A DNA stretch of 24,703 nucleotides from a virus. Taxonomy: Duplodnaviria > Caudoviricetes. The notes beneath the pieces were generated by a model. The model had not been told where the DNA came from. It made no database searches and was given only the letters and a program-made list of their open reading frames with translations. Position 1 is the stretch's first letter. Every line of letters begins with the position of its first letter. Positions 22,681 to 24,703 of the stretch are shown in pieces. The DNA lies in the IMG/VR virus record IMGVR_UViG_3300005325_000115, positions 1 to 24,703 of that record, one strand, 5' to 3'. Position numbers and translations under genes: made by a program.

Positions 22681-24423
22681 ATGAATGCCAAAACAAATAA
22701 TACAAATAACAAAAAGCGCTACGTAATATATACCCGCTGCTCTACTGATGACCAGGCCCAGGGAGATTTTACAACCCTGGACTCGCAGGCCCATCACTGT
22801 AAAAACATGCTTGATGCCTTTGGATATGACCTTGCCAAAATAGGCAACAAAGGCCGAATAAATGATGACGGCTATTCCGGCAAGGATCTCAACAGGCCCG
22901 GTATCCAGATGATTATTGACCACGTACGTAAAGAAGCGCCGTTTGACGGAATAATCTTCTTCCGCCTTGACCGTTTGACCCGCAATACCCGGGACCTCTA
23001 CTGGCTTATTGACCTATTCAGAGAAAAGGAAATCGATTTTGTCTCGGTAAGAGAAAACTTAGACAGCTCAACCGCCATAGGCAGGGTAGTAATTGGCATA
23101 CTCGGGATTTTGTCAGCATTTGAACGGGAACTCACCGGCGAACGCGTGAAAGCATCTGCTATCGCGCGTGTGCGCCAAGGCAAATGGGTAGGCGGGATGC
23201 TGCCTTATGGATATAAGCTTATACCGGACGGAGAGCCTCTTCCTAACGGCCGCCAACCGCATAAAATTATCCTTGATGAAAAGATAACTACCCACCTTAA
23301 AGTTATCTGGGAGATGGCCGCGGATAACCGGTCGCTTACACAGGTAGGCCTTGAGCTTCATCGGCGCGGACTAAAAACTCTAAACGGCAAGGAATGGCGC
23401 AGGCAGGTCATCTCAAGGATCCTAAAAAATCCTTTCTACAAAGGCTATATCCAGTACAGCGGAGAATACCACAAAGGCAACCACCCTCCAATTGTTGATG
23501 AGAAACTCTGGGAGCGGGCCAATAAGATATTGAGCGCCAGGCTCCCCGGCCACAACTTCGTGCAGAAAGAGAGATTCTACGAATACCTCCTCGCAGGCAT
23601 TCTTAGATGCGGAGACTGTGGGAGCCACATGGTCTGCAATTTCTCTGGAGGCAGAGACAGAAGAAAATTCTTTTATTATGAATGCAGCCGCTCCAGGCAG
23701 GCGCTGGGATGCAAAGCCAGCCGCATCTCCGCCACCACTTTTGACAAGGCTATAATTGATTATTTTAAGCGGGCAGCTAAGGACCGAAGCATTATTATAA
23801 AGGCTCTTGGAGACGCAATGCTTGAATCCCAGGCAAAGCTTGAGAAGATAGACGCGGATCTCAAAGAAAAAGAATCAAAGCTAAACGGCTTCCGGCACCA
23901 GGCCAATAAACTGCTTGAATTGGCCATGGGCAACACAATCACCAAAGGCTCAACCTATAAAGACAAAATGAATGAATTGGAAACGGAGATTGCGAAGTTG
24001 GAAGACGAGATAGACAAGCTGCAGGCGCAAAAGAGAGTCGCCAGCATAAATGCCTGCTCCGGCGAGCTCGTATACCGCAGCATGAACTTTGCCATACAAC
24101 ATCTCGAAGACGCCCCTCCGGAAGCCCAGAAAAGCATTATACAGGCTCTGATCAAAGACATTTACGTGTATAGCGACAGGCTGGTAATCAATATGTATAT
24201 TGAAGAGCCGCTTGAGGGCATCCTCCCCGACGAAATAGCCGCTATAAACGAAAAGCGCCCTACAGAAGCCTGTAAGGCGCTTGTTGCCACTGCATCACTA
24301 CCCGGAGTTTCGGATAGTTGTCAACAATGGCTGCCCCGCATGGAATCGAACCATGATAGTCAGATCCAGAATCTGAAGTCCTACCGATTAGACGACAGGG
24401 CAAATAATTTACGAAGTGATTAA
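22681..24423 (+). CDS. Large serine recombinase (phage integrase)
   Basis: YTRCSTDDQ catalytic Ser, DDGYSGKDLNRPG, RLDRLTR, GGMLPYGY, ILKNPFYKG..HPPIV, Zn ribbon CGDC...YEC...C and a coiled coil. Start is ATG 22675 or 22681. Confidence 0.95.
   Translation: MNAKTNNTNNKKRYVIYTRCSTDDQAQGDFTTLDSQAHHCKNMLDAFGYDLAKIGNKGRINDDGYSGKDLNRPGIQMIIDHVRKEAPFDGIIFFRLDRLTRNTRDLYWLIDLFREKEIDFVSVRENLDSSTAIGRVVIGILGILSAFERELTGERVKASAIARVRQGKWVGGMLPYGYKLIPDGEPLPNGRQPHKIILDEKITTHLKVIWEMAADNRSLTQVGLELHRRGLKTLNGKEWRRQVISRILKNPFYKGYIQYSGEYHKGNHPPIVDEKLWERANKILSARLPGHNFVQKERFYEYLLAGILRCGDCGSHMVCNFSGGRDRRKFFYYECSRSRQALGCKASRISATTFDKAIIDYFKRAAKDRSIIIKALGDAMLESQAKLEKIDADLKEKESKLNGFRHQANKLLELAMGNTITKGSTYKDKMNELETEIAKLEDEIDKLQAQKRVASINACSGELVYRSMNFAIQHLEDAPPEAQKSIIQALIKDIYVYSDRLVINMYIEEPLEGILPDEIAAINEKRPTEACKALVATASLPGVSDSCQQWLPRMESNHDSQIQNLKSYRLDDRANNLRSD
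24248..24282 (-). terminator. Intrinsic terminator for the tRNA transcript, embedded in the integrase coding sequence
   Basis: Minus strand aagcgccttacag-gctt-ctgtagggcgctt-ttcgttt, 45 nt downstream of the CCA end. Confidence 0.7.
24328..24402 (-). tRNA. tRNA-Gln (anticodon CTG), integration target
   Basis: TGCCCTGTCGTCTAATCGGTAGGACTTCAGATTCTGGATCTGACTATCATGGTTCGATTCCATGCGGGGCAGCCA. Acceptor stem with U1-A72, TCAGA/TCTGA anticodon stem, GTTCGATTC T-loop and encoded CCA. Confidence 0.96.
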
Positions 24424-24451
24424 TTATATCCGATTTCACAAAACCTGTAAA
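24423..24451 (-). promoter_or_regulatory. Sigma-70 promoter of tRNA-Gln
   Basis: TTTACA-17 nt-TATAAT, 20 nt upstream of the tRNA 5' end. Confidence 0.85.
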
Positions 24452-24463
24452 GAAGCATCTATT

Positions 24464-24488
24464 AAAAAAGCCGGGATAAACCCGGCTT
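24464..24488 (-). terminator. Intrinsic terminator of the host lipoprotein gene
   Basis: aagccggg-tttat-cccggctt followed by a T run on the minus strand. Confidence 0.8.
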
Positions 24489-24526
24489 AACACGTTTAAA
24501 ATAGTGAAATAGACAGAATTTATCCG

Positions 24527-24703
24527 CTACCAGAGATTCTTTTTAAACCAGGCATCGGCATTTTTCAGGCAAGACCAATCTTCCCACGCGCCTTCTTTTA
24601 CTCCTTGCGCAAGCCCGCTGGCCCCTTTGTATAATGTGCCGCAGCCGCTCGTTAAGAAAATAAAGACCAGAAGAATGCCTGACAAAAGCACTTTTTTAAG
24701 CAT
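24527..24703 (-). CDS. Small host lipoprotein (58 aa, entericidin-like layout); not in ORF track
   Basis: MLKKVLLSGILLVFIFLTSG-CGTLYKGASGLAQGVKEGAWEDWSCLKNADAWFKKNLW. Basic N-terminus, hydrophobic core and lipobox. The ATG is at the window edge. Confidence 0.75.
   Translation of the reverse strand: MLKKVLLSGILLVFIFLTSGCGTLYKGASGLAQGVKEGAWEDWSCLKNADAWFKKNLW

Larger units (their letters stand above)
1..24327. mobile_element. Lambda-like siphovirus prophage, partial (left end outside window), inserted at the 3' end of tRNA-Gln
   Basis: Contiguous terminase-portal-capsid-tail gene order on the minus strand, with a serine recombinase abutting the tRNA CCA end. Host-type promoter, terminator and lipoprotein gene lie beyond the tRNA. 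The exact crossover point cannot be determined without the other junction. Confidence 0.93.

Noticed and set aside
1-24703. Lysis cassette and host taxonomy
   Set aside because: No holin, endolysin or spanin recognised in the window (they may lie to the left). The host lineage cannot be established from this sequence without a search.

Overview
The window is the right-hand ~24.3 kb of a lambda-like, cos-type, non-contractile-tail prophage. It is integrated at the 3' end of a tRNA-Gln(CTG) gene (24328-24402, minus strand), and its left end lies outside the window. From the right, a plus-strand large serine recombinase has a reading frame that runs antisense through the whole tRNA. A compact switch region follows, with no recognisable CI/Cro: it holds a Rho-N-like basic protein, a 71-aa ORF and a sigma-70/ECF-like factor. 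Next come a short HTH replication initiator carrying four palindromic iterons and DnaA boxes, a lambda-like cosQ/cosN site and a ParB-fused DNA methyltransferase. A minus-strand morphogenesis operon then runs terS, terL(GpA), Zn-ribbon protein, gpW, portal, protease/scaffold, decoration protein, capsid, connector genes, tail tube, G/GT chaperones via -1 frameshift, tape measure, M, L, K, I-J fusion and fibre-like proteins. The most notable signals are: (1) three copies of TGTGACA-N15-CGRTATACA placed like promoters for the phage sigma factor, whose own RBS is locked in an 11-bp hairpin; (2) a structured terminator-containing leader in front of the head genes, just after a small Zn-ribbon gene; (3) a tail-end protein with three HxH repeats and a 16-Cys C-terminal (Cys-X)n ladder resembling a radical-SAM modification substrate or metal-binding tail; (4) an integrase C-terminus supplied by the tRNA and host sequence. 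All product calls come from motif recognition and synteny, not database searches.
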